Positions 40,191 to 50,728 are shown, counted from the first letter of the stretch. The stretch: 64,000 nucleotides of DNA from an uncultured delta proteobacterium (GCA_963771465.1 CAVYTU010000014.1:128001-192000), one strand, 5' to 3'. Numbers and translations: made by a program. The notes: generated from the sequence alone by a model not told the origin.

Positions 40191-41431
40191 TCAGCCCTCC
40201 GGAAAATCACGCAGCCGTTGGTGCCGCCGAAACCGAAGGAGTTGGAGAGCGCAACATTTATGTCAGCCTTGCGTGCTTTATTGGGAACATAATCGAGATC
40301 GCACGCGGGATCGGCATTTTCGTAGTTGATCGTCGGCGGCAACACGCCGTGATACAGCGCCAGCGCCGAGTAAACCCCTTCCACCGCGCCGGCCGCGCCG
40401 AGCAGATGACCGGTCATAGACTTGGTCGAGCTGACCGCCAACTTTGCCGCTTGCTCGCCAAATACCGCTTTGATCGCCGTGGTTTCGTTGGCGTCGTTGT
40501 ACTCAGTCGACGTGCCATGGGCGTTAATGTAATCGACCTCGCTGGGCGCGATACCCGCGTCTTTCAATGCCAATCGCATGCACCGTGCGGCCCCTTCTCC
40601 TTCCGGCGCCGGCGCCGTCATGTGGTACGCGTCGCCATTGGCCGCATAGCCGATCACTTCAGCATAAATTTTCACGCCCCGTTTGAGCGCGTGTTCGCGT
40701 TCTTCAAGGATGAGTATGCCGGAACCTTCGCCGATGACGAAGCCGTCGCGCTCCTTGTCAAAGGGCCGGCTCGCTCGCAACGGCTCATCGTTGCGCGTCG
40801 ACAACGCTTTCATCGCGGCGAAGCCGCCCACGGCGAGAGGCGTGATCGTCGATTCGGCGCCGCCGGCGATCACCGCATCTTGCAAACCGCTGCGAATCAT
40901 ATGAAACGATTCACCGATCGCATGGGTTCCCGAAGCGCACGCCGACGTCGGCGTGAAGTTTACGCCCTTGGCGCCGTAGCGAATCGCGACCTGGCCCGGC
41001 GCCAAATTGGAGATCAACTTTGGAATGAAGAACGGCGATATCTTGCGCGGTCCACCGGCCAGTAAGGCTTCCTTGGTCGTTTCTATGGTATCGATGCCGC
41101 ATAACCCCACGCCGATGATCACGCCCACCGACTCGGCGAATTCGTCTTCGATCTTAAGCCCGCTATCGGCCATCGCCATGGCAGCTGCGCCCATGGCGTA
41201 TTGGATGAAGAGATCCATTTTTTTGATTTCTTTGGGCTCGATAAAATCTTCCGGATTAAAGTCCGGCACCTCGCCGGCGATGCGCGAGGCGAAACTTTCA
41301 GCGGCGAATCGAGTAATGGCGCGGATACCTGAACGGCCGTCCATCAATGCTTGCCAGTTTTTCTCGACGCCGGTACCCAACGGTGAGACCGCACCCAGTC
41401 CCGTGACCACAACTCTGCGTTGCTCATTCAT
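40187..41431 (-). CDS. fabF: 3-oxoacyl-ACP synthase II
   Basis: [34 protein letters not shown] and NSFGFGG motifs. Confidence 0.97.
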   Translation of the reverse strand: MNEQRRVVVTGLGAVSPLGTGVEKNWQALMDGRSGIRAITRFAAESFASRIAGEVPDFNPEDFIEPKEIKKMDLFIQYAMGAAAMAMADSGLKIEDEFAESVGVIIGVGLCGIDTIETTKEALLAGGPRKISPFFIPKLISNLAPGQVAIRYGAKGVNFTPTSACASGTHAIGESFHMIRSGLQDAVIAGGAESTITPLAVGGFAAMKALSTRNDEPLRASRPFDKERDGFVIGEGSGILILEEREHALKRGVKIYAEVIGYAANGDAYHMTAPAPEGEGAARCMRLALKDAGIAPSEVDYINAHGTSTEYNDANETTAIKAVFGEQAAKLAVSSTKSMTGHLLGAAGAVEGVYSALALYHGVLPPTINYENADPACDLDYVPNKARKADINVALSNSFGFGGTNGCVIFRRAE

Positions 41432-41506
41432 ATGCGCGTTTCGTAACCAACTTGTAGTGTATTAGTAATCTAAGATAATTGAGTCGTTGGAGAGGGTCAA
41501 TAGGAT

Positions 41507-42541
41507 TTAGGATAGTTGATACTTTTCATGCACTTGGTGGATGCGGCGGAGCAGCGCTTCAATGCGGCTCGCGGAAATATTCAATCTCTCATCGGCGCTC
41601 GTGACCGAGTTTTGCATGGCGTTTAGCACCGTGGCGACGGAATTTCTCAGCGCCATCAGATCGTAACCGCCTTCGAGCAAGAAAGCGATTCGCGCGCCGG
41701 CAAATTTGTCGGCGAGTCCGAGCAAGCGTTTCGCCATCGCGCCAAAGCCCTTTTCGGTGACGTCCATCCCGCCGAGAGGATCGCGCCGGTGCGGATCGAA
41801 ACCGGCGGAAACGAGTATCCAATCGGGGGCGAAGCGCGCGGCGGCCGGCACGACGACTTCTTGAAAAACTTCGAGATACTCAGCGTCCGCGCACCCCGCG
41901 GGGAGCGGGATATTGATGGTAAACCCTTCGCCGGCGTCGGCGCCGGTTTCAGTGATTGCGCCGCTGCCGGGATAATAAGGATATTGATGCGTCGAGATGA
42001 ATAGCACTGACGGATCGTCATAGAACGCATCCTGCGTGCCGTTGCCGTGGTGCACATCCCAGTCCATGATCATGATTTTTTTGGCGCCGTGGACTCGTTT
42101 TAGATATTCGGCACCGATCGCCATGGTGTTGAACAGACAAAAACCCATCGCCCGATGGCGCAGCGCGTGATGGCCCGGCGGCCGCACCAAGGCAAAGCCG
42201 TTGGCGATTTCCTTGGCGGCAATGGCGTCGATTAAATTGAGAAACCCGCCGACGGCTAAGACGCTAACCGCGAAGGAGTCGCGGCAAGTAATCGTGTCGC
42301 CGTCGAGCGCGTAGCCGTTGTGCGCCGCAGTCGCGGCGATCAATCGGACGTATTCTTTTCCGTGGGTCGCTTCGATGTCGGCACGGTTCGCCGGCTTGGG
42401 GGCGAGCAGTTGGAACTGACCGCGGTCGAGTTCGTCGGCTAGATCGAGCAGCACTTTCACCCGCTCCGGACGCTCCGGATGCGATTCACCGGGCTGGTGT
42501 TTGAGAAATTCTTTGTCGACCACCACAGCGGTTTTGGCCAT
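41507..42541 (-). CDS. Histone deacetylase family (class II-like) amidohydrolase
   Basis: HPERPER, RPPGHHA, GFCLFN, DWDVHHGNGTQ, SAGFD and LEGGY motifs. Confidence 0.93.
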   Translation of the reverse strand: MAKTAVVVDKEFLKHQPGESHPERPERVKVLLDLADELDRGQFQLLAPKPANRADIEATHGKEYVRLIAATAAHNGYALDGDTITCRDSFAVSVLAVGGFLNLIDAIAAKEIANGFALVRPPGHHALRHRAMGFCLFNTMAIGAEYLKRVHGAKKIMIMDWDVHHGNGTQDAFYDDPSVLFISTHQYPYYPGSGAITETGADAGEGFTINIPLPAGCADAEYLEVFQEVVVPAAARFAPDWILVSAGFDPHRRDPLGGMDVTEKGFGAMAKRLLGLADKFAGARIAFLLEGGYDLMALRNSVATVLNAMQNSVTSADERLNISASRIEALLRRIHQVHEKYQLS

Positions 42542-42626
42542 GCGGAAAACCTAACATCTAAGCGGCGGCCCTGCAAAGCGATCGTGGAAACTTGCCAAGG
42601 CCGGTGAAATCGCCTAATTTGTTTTC

Positions 42627-42899
42627 ATGTTTGGCATCGGCATGCCGGAATTGCTGCTGATCTTGGGACTTGCGCTGATCGTCCTGGGGCCGAAGAAATT
42701 ACCGGAACTCGCTAAAGCTTTAGGCAAAGGCTTGTCGGAGTTTCGCCGCGCCACCGACGAACTCAAAGATGAGTTTCGTAAGATGGAGAATGAGGTCGAG
42801 GACGCTAAAACAAAAGCCATGGTCAGCGACGACCCGCCACTGGAAAAGCCGGCTGAATCGGACAGCGCCAATCCTGAACCTGCCCCAGAAAAAAAGTGA
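42627..42899 (+). CDS. tatB: Twin-arginine translocase TatA/TatB-family subunit
   Basis: [27 protein letters not shown]; directly upstream of tatC. TatA versus TatB not resolved. Confidence 0.8.
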   Translation: MFGIGMPELLLILGLALIVLGPKKLPELAKALGKGLSEFRRATDELKDEFRKMENEVEDAKTKAMVSDDPPLEKPAESDSANPEPAPEKK

Positions 42900-43669
42900 A
42901 TAACGATCAAGGTAGCGGGCAATCGGCCGATGTCCAGATGCCCTTTACCTCCCATCTGGCCGAGCTGCGCAACCGCCTGGTTAAAAGCGTTCTCGCCGTC
43001 GCCGTGGCTTTCTTTGCATGCTATGCGTTCGTCGACACGATCTTTGAGCTCTTGGCGGCGCCGCTGCGCCGGCTCAGTATTCGCGGACTCACGTTAATCG
43101 GCACGGCGGTCACCGAGGCATTTTTTACCAAGATGAAGATTGCTTTCATCGCCGCGGTGATCGTCGCCGCGCCGGTGTTACTTTGGCAGGCCTGGCAATT
43201 CGTCGCGCCAGGACTATACGAACATGAAAAACGCTACAGCCGGAGCTTCGTGTTTTTCGGATCGTTCTTTTTCATTGGCGGCGTAGTCTTCTGCTATGAG
43301 GTCGTTATTCAACACGGACTCCATTTCTTGCTGCAACGTTACCAAGCCATCGACATTCAGCCGATGCTGCAGGTGGGCGATTACCTGTCGCTTGTGTCGC
43401 GCATGACCTTAGCCTTCGGCGTCATGTTCGAGTTGCCGGTGCTGAGTTTCTTTCTCGCGCGAGTCGGCTTGATCGACCACCGCTTTCTCTTGCGTCATTA
43501 CCGTTACGCGATTATCGTCATCGCTCTGCTCGCCGCGGTTTTGACTCCGCCGGATTTCATCTCGCAGATTTTGTTTATGATCCCGCTCAGCTTGCTCTAC
43601 GTGATCAGCATCGCGGTCGCCTACGCGGCACGCTTTAGAATGAATCGGCTGGAAAAGGCAGCGGAATAG
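42896..43669 (+). CDS. tatC: Twin-arginine translocase subunit TatC
   Basis: [26 protein letters not shown] and LTPPD motifs. Confidence 0.96.
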   Translation: MNNDQGSGQSADVQMPFTSHLAELRNRLVKSVLAVAVAFFACYAFVDTIFELLAAPLRRLSIRGLTLIGTAVTEAFFTKMKIAFIAAVIVAAPVLLWQAWQFVAPGLYEHEKRYSRSFVFFGSFFFIGGVVFCYEVVIQHGLHFLLQRYQAIDIQPMLQVGDYLSLVSRMTLAFGVMFELPVLSFFLARVGLIDHRFLLRHYRYAIIVIALLAAVLTPPDFISQILFMIPLSLLYVISIAVAYAARFRMNRLEKAAE

Positions 43670-43790
43670 TCCGGATCCCGAAGTTAGAGCAACTCTGATG
43701 TCGGTTGCTGGCTCAGCGGCAGAGACCCATGGCCCTTACAACGGAGGATCGCGCGCACGCTCTGAATCAATTTCAACTACGGAACGGAAT

Positions 43791-43828
43791 AAAAAAAAGC
43801 CGGCCCGTTTGTGACCCAACGGCCGGCT
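43791..43828 (-). terminator. Intrinsic terminator after the arginine decarboxylase gene
   Basis: Minus strand AGCCGGCCGTT...AACGGGCCGGC followed by T8. Confidence 0.8.
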
Positions 43829-43848
43829 CTGATGAGGCAATCGCTAAT

Positions 43849-44409
43849 CTACTTCACTTCGCTGTCTTCATTGATAAACGCGCAGGCGGCAAAAACTGTG
43901 GTCCACAGCCCGTCTTTATTGCCAATGGCCGATTGGGTGATGTTCGAAGTGCGGACGATTTTCTCGGACATTTTGAAAAGCTGCTCGCGCTCGTCCCAGG
44001 CGGTGTCGGGATTGAACTCGATACCGAGAGTCGTCGCCAGCATGCTGGCGGCGAGATCCTCGGCATAGTCGCCGGCCTTTTCGTCGGTCTCGCCAAAGGA
44101 GTGATGCTCCGACAGATAGCCGTATTGGCTCTCATCGGAAGGAATCGCCACACCCACCGATGCCGCCACCAAACGATTGGGCTCATTGGTGCTTTCGCGG
44201 TCGTAGACGCAAAAAACGATCTCGCCGGGTCGCAGCAGCTTGACGCCTTCTTCCTTGGAGAGCCGCTTGCAGTAGGGCGGGTAGATACTCGACACCAACA
44301 CCAGATTACAGTAAGCCAAACCCGCCTGGCGCAACGCCAATTCGAAAGACGCCAACTTTTCCTTGTGGACGCCCACCCCTTTGGTAAAAAAAACTTTCTT
44401 CGGAATCAT
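43849..44409 (-). CDS. pdaD: Pyruvoyl-dependent arginine decarboxylase
   Basis: SFELALR.AG...NLV.VSSI.PP (Ser-Ser self-cleavage site), YGYLSEHH and AEDLAASML motifs. Confidence 0.92.
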   Translation of the reverse strand: MIPKKVFFTKGVGVHKEKLASFELALRQAGLAYCNLVLVSSIYPPYCKRLSKEEGVKLLRPGEIVFCVYDRESTNEPNRLVAASVGVAIPSDESQYGYLSEHHSFGETDEKAGDYAEDLAASMLATTLGIEFNPDTAWDEREQLFKMSEKIVRTSNITQSAIGNKDGLWTTVFAACAFINEDSEVK

Positions 44410-44479
44410 GACGCGCTGCTATAACATGAATGAATGATACAGACAAGAATTCGCCGCTAAAAAAATGCTCTGGCCGAAT

Positions 44480-44983
44480 CTATTCGACGATCACCAGCAC
44501 CGCGCCGCCTTCCACCGTCTCGCCGGTTTTGACTTTGATCTCCTTGATCTCACCGGCGATCGGGCTATGCACCTCGTTTTCCATCTTCATCGCTTCGACG
44601 ATCACCAGACCTTGGCCTTTTTCCACTTGGTCGCCCTCGGCGACGAGCACGGCGATTACCTTGCCCGGCATCGGCACGGAAACTCTTTGCCGCCCTTGCA
44701 ACTCCGTCGCCGCCTGGTTGCCGCCCACCCGTATGCGCCGCTCGTCGACCAAATTAACATGATAACTGCGTCCGTCGACCAGTACGCGATATTCATCGTC
44801 GGTGTTGTCCACTTCGATCTCGAAGGAACGGTTGTCGACGATCAGGGAGTAATTGGTGCGGCCGGTCTTTTTGCCGTCGACGATGAACTCATTGCCGTCC
44901 ACCGACACGCGATAGACCGACTTGCCGGTCTCTTCGATCTCGACTTTGTAGCTCTGCTCGCCCAACCTGCCGATGAAAGCCAT
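44480..44983 (-). CDS. Biotin carboxyl carrier protein of an acyl-CoA carboxylase
   Basis: PMPGKV and EAMKMENE biotinylation motifs. Confidence 0.93.
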   Translation of the reverse strand: MAFIGRLGEQSYKVEIEETGKSVYRVSVDGNEFIVDGKKTGRTNYSLIVDNRSFEIEVDNTDDEYRVLVDGRSYHVNLVDERRIRVGGNQAATELQGRQRVSVPMPGKVIAVLVAEGDQVEKGQGLVIVEAMKMENEVHSPIAGEIKEIKVKTGETVEGGAVLVIVE

Positions 44984-45001
44984 GTCTAGTCTCGAGCCAA
45001 T

Positions 45002-46534
45002 TTATGTCCGGCGCCAGCCGCCGGCGCCGCCGCGCCGCAGGCCGCTGCGCTTACCCTGCTCGCGCCACTTGGACGGTTCCGCCGCCCCCTTTGCCAACAG
45101 ACCCAACGTTAGCTCATGCTCGCTCAGCAACGCGGCGATCGCCGCCGACGCCAAGGCGATCTCTTTGTGCGGCAACACATCTTCGCTGTTGGAGCCGCGG
45201 TACTCTTCATCGATGAAGCCGGTATTGACGTTGCCGGACATGAAGCGCGGATGACGCAGTATCCATTGGTGAAAGGAGATATTGGTTTTGATGCCGCGCA
45301 CCTGATACTCGCGCAGTGCTCGGCGCATACGCAAGATCGCCTCGATACGGTTTTCGCCCCAAGTGATCAGCTTGGCGATCATCGGATCGTAGTAAATCGG
45401 CACCTCGGCGCCTTCGTAAACGCCGTTGTCATTGCGCAGGCCCAACCCTTCCGGCAAACGCAAGCCCTCAATCTTACCAGGGCAAGGCATGAAATCGCGC
45501 TCCGGGTCCTCGGCGTAAATGCGACACTCGATGGCGTGTCCGGTTTGCGTGATATGACGCTGGCGCCAAGGCAGATAGCCGCCCGCGGCGATCTCGATCT
45601 GCGCTTTGACCAGATCGATACCGACCACGCGTTCGGTGACGGCATGCTCGACCTGCAATCGCGTATTCATTTCGAGGAAATAAAAATTCTGCTCCGAATC
45701 CAGCAAGAATTCCAAAGTTCCGGCGCCGACGTAACCGACCGCGCGCGCGCCCTGGATGGCGATCCGACCGAGACGCCGGCGTGTGCGGTCTTCCAATCCC
45801 GGCGCCGGCGATTCTTCGATCACTTTTTGGTGGCGCCGTTGGATCGAGCACTCGCGGTCATAGAGATGAATCACCCGGCCGTACTTGTCGGCGAGAATCT
45901 GCATTTCAACATGGCGCGGTTTGACGATGAATTTTTCGACGTAGAGCCGCGCGTCGCCGAACGATGATGACGCTTCGGAACCCACAGCGCGATAGGCTGA
46001 AGAAACTTCGCGCCGCGATCGCACCATGCGCAATCCCTTGCCGCCGCCGCCGGCGACCGCCTTGAGCATGCAGGGATAACCGATGGACTCCATGGTATCT
46101 ATGACTTCTTGTTCGGAAGTCAGAATACCGTCGGAGCCCGGTACCACCGGCACGCCGGCCGCTTTCATGATCTGGCGCGCTTTGACTTTATCGCCCATCT
46201 GATCGATGACTTCCGGCGATGGACCGATGAAAACGATGCCTTCGTCTTTACAGCGCTGCGCGAATGCGGCGTTTTCAGCGAGAAAGCCATAGCCGGGATG
46301 AACCGCTTCGGCGCCGCTCTTTTTGCAGACGTCGATAATTCTATCGATGACTAAATAACTTTGCGTCGACGGCCCCGGACCGATCAAATACGCGTAGTCG
46401 CAATATTTGACATGGAGAGATTCGCGGTCCGCCTCGGAATAAACCGCCACGGACTCGATATCGAGCTCGCGGCAGGCGCGCGCGATGCGCACGGCGATCT
46501 CGCCGCGATTGGCGATCAGAATTCGCTTAAACAT
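45002..46534 (-). CDS. accC: Biotin carboxylase subunit (AccC/PccA-type)
   Basis: ANRGEIA, HPGYGFLAEN, GGGGKG, RECSIQRRHQK, EMNTRLQVEH and YDPMIAK motifs. Confidence 0.93.
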   Translation of the reverse strand: MFKRILIANRGEIAVRIARACRELDIESVAVYSEADRESLHVKYCDYAYLIGPGPSTQSYLVIDRIIDVCKKSGAEAVHPGYGFLAENAAFAQRCKDEGIVFIGPSPEVIDQMGDKVKARQIMKAAGVPVVPGSDGILTSEQEVIDTMESIGYPCMLKAVAGGGGKGLRMVRSRREVSSAYRAVGSEASSSFGDARLYVEKFIVKPRHVEMQILADKYGRVIHLYDRECSIQRRHQKVIEESPAPGLEDRTRRRLGRIAIQGARAVGYVGAGTLEFLLDSEQNFYFLEMNTRLQVEHAVTERVVGIDLVKAQIEIAAGGYLPWRQRHITQTGHAIECRIYAEDPERDFMPCPGKIEGLRLPEGLGLRNDNGVYEGAEVPIYYDPMIAKLITWGENRIEAILRMRRALREYQVRGIKTNISFHQWILRHPRFMSGNVNTGFIDEEYRGSNSEDVLPHKEIALASAAIAALLSEHELTLGLLAKGAAEPSKWREQGKRSGLRRGGAGGWRRT

Positions 46535-46540
46535 GCGCGG

Positions 46541-46623
46541 CAAGGCAACAGACAGCAGGCACTAGGCAATAGACAAGCCCTCGGCAAATCCTACTGTTGC
46601 CTGTTGCCTCACGCCTGTTGCCT
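46541..46623. repeat. Intergenic palindrome built from 7-nt AGGCAAY-like units
   Basis: AGGCAAC-AGACAGC-AGGCACT-AGGCAAT arm and GTTGCCT-GTTGCCT-CACGCCT-GTTGCCT counter-arm. Confidence 0.7.
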
Positions 46624-46626
46624 TCT

Positions 46627-48174
46627 TTAGAGTGGAATATTGCCATGCTTCTTCGGTGGATTTTGATCTTGCTTGTTCTTGAGCATCTCCAAGGCGCGGA
46701 TCAAAGTCGGCCGGGTGTCCTCGGGATAAATCACGGCATCGATATAGCCCGACTCCGCCGCTTTGAACGGATTGGCGAAGGTTTCGCGATAATTGGTGAC
46801 CATCTCGTCGCGCGCCTTGGCCGGATCAGCGGCCTTTTGCAATGCGTCGCGAAAGACAATATTGATCGCGCCTTCCGGTCCCATGACCGCGATCTCAGCG
46901 GTGGGATAAGCCAAATTGATATCGCCGCGCAAATGTTTGCTCGACATGACAATATAGCCGCCACCGTAGGCCTTGCGGGTCACGATGGTCACCTTGGGAA
47001 CCGTCGCTTCCGCATAGGCGTAAAGCAATTTCGCACCGTGGCGAATGATGCCGTGATACTCTTGCTCGGTGCCGGGGAGAAATCCTGGCACATCGACAAA
47101 CGTGACGATCGGGATATTGAAGCAGTCGCAGAATCGAATGAAGCGGGCCGCTTTCACCGAGGCATTGATATCGAGACAACCGGCCAGGCTCGCCGGTTGG
47201 TTGGCGACGATGCCGATGGAGCGGCCGCCGAGACGCGCGAAGCCGACCAAGATGTTAAGGGCAAATTCATGCTGCACTTCGTAGAAGTATCCTTCATCGA
47301 CCACAGCGCCAATGAGTTCTTTCATATCGTAGGGCCGGTGCGGATTATCGGGAATCAAATCTTTCAAACGTTTGTCGCGCCGCAGCGGATCGTCGTTGGT
47401 CGGATGAAACGGCGGATCTTCTTGATTGTTGCTAGGTAGAAAACCGATCAGCTCACGAATCAACAGCAGACAGTCTTTTTCCGTGTTGGCGGTAAAATGC
47501 GACACGCCGCTCTTACCGCTATGAGTTTCCGCGCCGCCAAGCGCTTCCTTAGTCACATCTTCGTGGGTCACGGTCTTGATCACGTCGGGGCCGGTGATGA
47601 ACATGTAGCTGTTGGTCTTGATCATGAAGATAAAGTCGGTGATCGCCGGCGAATAAACCGCTCCGCCGGCGCAGGGCCCCATGATCGCCGTGATTTGCGG
47701 CACGACGCCCGATGCCATCACGTTGCGCTGAAATATATCGCCGTAGCCGGCCAAGCTATCGACGCCCTCTTGAATGCGCGCGCCGCCGGAATCGTTGATA
47801 CCGATCAACGGTGCGCCATTTTTCAGGGCCATGTCCATCACTTTACAGATTTTGTCCGCCACCACGCGGCTTAGGCTGCCGCCGAAGACGGTAAAATCCT
47901 GCGAGTAAACATAGACCAAACGGCCGTCGATGGCGCCGTAGCCGGTCACCACCGCATCGCCGAGAAATTTCTGTTTATCCAGTCCGAAATCCGTGCTGTG
48001 ATGCGTACGCAAGCGGTCGAGCTCGACGAAACTGCCGCTGTCGAGCAGGATGTCGAGGCGCTCGCGGGCGAGTAGTTTTCCTTGTTCGTGCTGCCGCCGG
48101 GCGCGCTCCGGGCCACCGCTGGCTTCCGCTTTTTGATTGAGCTCGCTCAGCTTGTCAAGATTGTCAGTCGTCAT
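46627..48174 (-). CDS. pccB: Acyl-CoA (propionyl-CoA-type) carboxylase carboxyltransferase beta subunit
   Basis: [46 protein letters not shown] and KKHGNIPL motifs. Confidence 0.93.
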   Translation of the reverse strand: MTTDNLDKLSELNQKAEASGGPERARRQHEQGKLLARERLDILLDSGSFVELDRLRTHHSTDFGLDKQKFLGDAVVTGYGAIDGRLVYVYSQDFTVFGGSLSRVVADKICKVMDMALKNGAPLIGINDSGGARIQEGVDSLAGYGDIFQRNVMASGVVPQITAIMGPCAGGAVYSPAITDFIFMIKTNSYMFITGPDVIKTVTHEDVTKEALGGAETHSGKSGVSHFTANTEKDCLLLIRELIGFLPSNNQEDPPFHPTNDDPLRRDKRLKDLIPDNPHRPYDMKELIGAVVDEGYFYEVQHEFALNILVGFARLGGRSIGIVANQPASLAGCLDINASVKAARFIRFCDCFNIPIVTFVDVPGFLPGTEQEYHGIIRHGAKLLYAYAEATVPKVTIVTRKAYGGGYIVMSSKHLRGDINLAYPTAEIAVMGPEGAINIVFRDALQKAADPAKARDEMVTNYRETFANPFKAAESGYIDAVIYPEDTRPTLIRALEMLKNKQDQNPPKKHGNIPL

Positions 48175-48369
48175 GAAGAAAAATTCCTTGGAGACGAGAT
48201 CGCAGCCGAGCCGCGAGAAAGTGTCGGCATCATAACAAAAGGCGCTTCCCTGTCAACTGAGTTTGCCATGAACACAACGTTAATTACCTTGAAGTTCACC
48301 AGCGAAATTGTTAGCGTGAACGCTCGTCGAGATCGAAATTGATTTTTTCTTACGAGTGCAGTCTTGGTC

Positions 48370-49554
48370 ATGTTTGAAGCTAAACTAAATCGTCAAAAAA
48401 ATATCGAGCCGCGCGAACCCGACCTCAAGCCGACCCAAGCGATCCTGCTTTACGCCGCCAGCGAAGGCGACGCGAACATGCTCTACGCCGCCGGTTTCTT
48501 CGTGCCCGATCCATTTATTTATTTTCAGCACAAGAAACTCAGCTATGTCGTGATGAGCGATTTGGAAATCGACCGCGCCAAGAAACAGGCTAAAGCCGAT
48601 CGGGTGCTGTCGCTGTCGCTCTATCAGCGCAAACTGCGCAAGCTCGGCAAGACGCCGGCGAGCGCGATCGATATTTTGGATTTGCTATTTCGCGAACGCG
48701 GGATCCGCTCGCTGATCGTGCCGGCGAATTTTTCCGCTTTGCTGTCCGATCAGTTGCGCGCCAAAGGCTACAGCGTACAGATCAAGCGCGATCCATTTTG
48801 GCCGAGGCGCGAGACCAAAAACCCCACGGAAGTAAAACAAATCACCGAATCGTTACGCATCGCTCGCCTAGGACTCGAAGCCGGCATCCGCATGCTCAAG
48901 CGCACGACAACCAAACGCGACGGCTATCTCTATCTCAACGGCTCGCGCTTAACTTCGGAGCTACTCAAAACCGCGGTGAACACGACGATCATGGCGCAAG
49001 GCTGGTTACCAAGCCACACGATTATTTCCTCAGGCAATCAGTGCGTCGATCCGCATCACGAGGGTAGCGGGCCGATCAAAGCTAATAGCTCGATCATCTT
49101 CGATATCTTTCCGCGCTCGCAGCATAACGGCTACTTCGGTGACTTGAGCCGCACGGTCGTGCGCGGCCGTGCTTCGGATAAAATCAAAGCGATTTACGCC
49201 ACCGTGCAAGCGGGACAAAAAATCGGCTACGAGCAAATCCGCGACGGCGTCAACGGCAAAGAAGTTCATCAAAATATTCTCGATATGTTCGCCGCGCGCG
49301 GTTTTCCTACCGGGAAAATCAACGGCCGCATGCAAGGTTTCTTTCACGGCACCGGCCATGGCCTTGGGTTGGACATACACGAGCCGCCGCGCATCGCGCC
49401 CATCGACGCGATCCTGCGCACCGGTCACGTTGTCACGGTGGAACCGGGACTTTATTATCTCGGCGTCGGCGGCGTCCGGCTCGAAGACGTCGTGGTCGTC
49501 ACCGCCAAGGGCAATCGCAATTTAACCAACTGCCCGCAGTTTCTGGAGATTTGA
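48370..49554 (+). CDS. Xaa-Pro aminopeptidase / M24B metallopeptidase
   Basis: DIFP...GYFGDLSRT, HGTGHGLGLDIHE, TVEPGLY and GVRLED motifs. Confidence 0.93.
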   Translation: MFEAKLNRQKNIEPREPDLKPTQAILLYAASEGDANMLYAAGFFVPDPFIYFQHKKLSYVVMSDLEIDRAKKQAKADRVLSLSLYQRKLRKLGKTPASAIDILDLLFRERGIRSLIVPANFSALLSDQLRAKGYSVQIKRDPFWPRRETKNPTEVKQITESLRIARLGLEAGIRMLKRTTTKRDGYLYLNGSRLTSELLKTAVNTTIMAQGWLPSHTIISSGNQCVDPHHEGSGPIKANSSIIFDIFPRSQHNGYFGDLSRTVVRGRASDKIKAIYATVQAGQKIGYEQIRDGVNGKEVHQNILDMFAARGFPTGKINGRMQGFFHGTGHGLGLDIHEPPRIAPIDAILRTGHVVTVEPGLYYLGVGGVRLEDVVVVTAKGNRNLTNCPQFLEI

Positions 49555-49609
49555 TTCACATTTTAACTTGCCTCGATCCTTCCCATCGGGAGAACACGAA
49601 GCTACGTAT

Positions 49610-49785
49610 CGATCGAGGTGTGACTCTGGAGGAACGAAGGCATCAGCGCGAATATTTCAGTTCGTGTTCGGCGCTTGGCACAATGGTCGATCTTTGCACC
49701 AATAGTCTAAGCGGCAACTCGCCCCGCTCGCGGCTTCAAGGCAGAAAGGCTTTGCCTTCGTTCCGGAAGAGTTGCACCTCGATCG
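49610..49785 (+). ncRNA. Long rod-like structured RNA, 6S RNA candidate
   Basis: The 5' arm CGATCGAGGTGTGACTCTGGAGGAACGAAGGCA pairs with the 3' arm TGCCTTCGTTCCGGAAGAGTTGCACCTCGATCG (about 30 bp, two G-U pairs valid on + only, 3x3 GGA loop). An inner stem CGCTTGG/CTAAGCG is present; length 176 nt. Confidence 0.5.
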
Positions 49786-49815
49786 CGGCCGCACCGTGAA
49801 GAATTTGTTCTAGCG

Positions 49816-50550
49816 ATGGAAACCGACCGGCTTACCGCGCTCATTGCCGACTTAGATCATCCCGACAAACCCACCATTCGCGCCGCTGTCGACCAACTGA
49901 TCGGACTTGCCAGAGAGTCCGTCCAGGTGAGGACTGCTCTTGAGCAAAGACTCGTTGAGCTCGGGCATCGAGACTATTGGCCGGTCGCGTACGTTTTAGG
50001 CCATCTGCCCCAGCCATCCGGCGCGACGATTCGAAACTTACTCGACACCTTGGATCATCGCGAGCCGGATATTCGCTGGGCCATCGTTCTCTTGCTAGTT
50101 CGTATCGCCAAGACTGAGAGCTCCATCATCAATCTGCTGATCGAGCTGTGCGAAAATGGGACGACCAATCAGAAACGCATGGCGATCTACGGCCTGCGCG
50201 ACTTGGTCTTGAATGATGTGGTGAGCCTGCAGGCACTTCTAAGCTCACTGTCGGACCCTGACCCAACGGTAAGAGTCGCGGCGGCGACCAGCTTGAAGAA
50301 TCGAACCGACGACGCTGAGCGCGTGCGCGCTGCATTATTACAAAGCTATTTGCTTGATGTGGATATCAAAGTTCGCAGCGCCGCCGCCGTCACCTTGGCG
50401 AATATCGGATTGCCGTCGGAAGAGTTTTTGCGCGCGTTGAAGGAAGCGAGCGAAAGCGACAACAGCCAATCCAAAAAGGCCGCCACCGTCGCTCTCGCTT
50501 TGCTTGAAAAAAGAGAGCCCGCCTCAATCGCCGGCATGCGCCAACGTTGA
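49816..50550 (+). CDS. HEAT-repeat protein
   Basis: Repeated LxDxDxxVRxxAA-like units (DHPDKPTIRAA, DPDPTVRVAAA, DVDIKVRSAAA). Confidence 0.82.
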   Translation: METDRLTALIADLDHPDKPTIRAAVDQLIGLARESVQVRTALEQRLVELGHRDYWPVAYVLGHLPQPSGATIRNLLDTLDHREPDIRWAIVLLLVRIAKTESSIINLLIELCENGTTNQKRMAIYGLRDLVLNDVVSLQALLSSLSDPDPTVRVAAATSLKNRTDDAERVRAALLQSYLLDVDIKVRSAAAVTLANIGLPSEEFLRALKEASESDNSQSKKAATVALALLEKREPASIAGMRQR

Positions 50551-50559
50551 AGCGGGCCC
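50507..50559 (-). terminator. Intrinsic terminator of the small minus-strand transcript (overlaps the HEAT gene 3' end)
   Basis: Minus strand GGGCCCGCTTCAACGTTGGC-GCAT-GCCGGCGATTGAGGCGGGCTC then TCTTTTTT. Confidence 0.8.
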
Positions 50560-50625
50560 GCTAGGTGGTCTGAGGGGGTTTACCAGGCTCTAGGCCCGAA
50601 CCCCTTCAAGAAGTCCGCCTAGAGC

Positions 50626-50667
50626 CTAAGTCTCAGCCACCTCACAGTCAGTACATTTATCAATCAT
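50626..50667 (-). CDS. 13-aa micro-peptide MIDKCTDCEVAET
   Basis: ATG at 50667 preceded by AAAGGAGGTGGTCCAGAC; TAG at 50626-50628. Confidence 0.6.
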   Translation of the reverse strand: MIDKCTDCEVAET

Positions 50668-50699
50668 GTCTGGACCACCTCCTTTCCCTGCTGAAAATT

Positions 50700-50728
50700 A
50701 GTTTACGAAAGTGAATTCGCGCTGTCAA
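50700..50728 (-). promoter_or_regulatory. Sigma70-type promoter of the small transcript
   Basis: TTGACA-17 nt-TAAACT on the minus strand, with the -10 box ending about 15 nt upstream of the SD. Confidence 0.7.

Larger units (their letters stand above)
50507..50692 (-). ncRNA. Small structured transcript carrying a micro-ORF (own promoter and terminator)
   Basis: Promoter, 15-nt SD, 14-codon ORF, 11-bp perfect hairpin, anti-SD element and terminator in order; see findings. Confidence 0.65.

Noticed and set aside
46541-46623. Short tandem units as a CRISPR array (also 58054-58131, 61368-61451)
   Set aside because: Units are 7-9 nt with no unique spacers, and no cas genes are in the window.
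50671-50686. 16S rRNA 3'-end fragment (TGGACCACCTCCTTT) on the + strand
   Set aside because: No other rRNA sequence flanks it; better explained as an extended SD on the minus strand.
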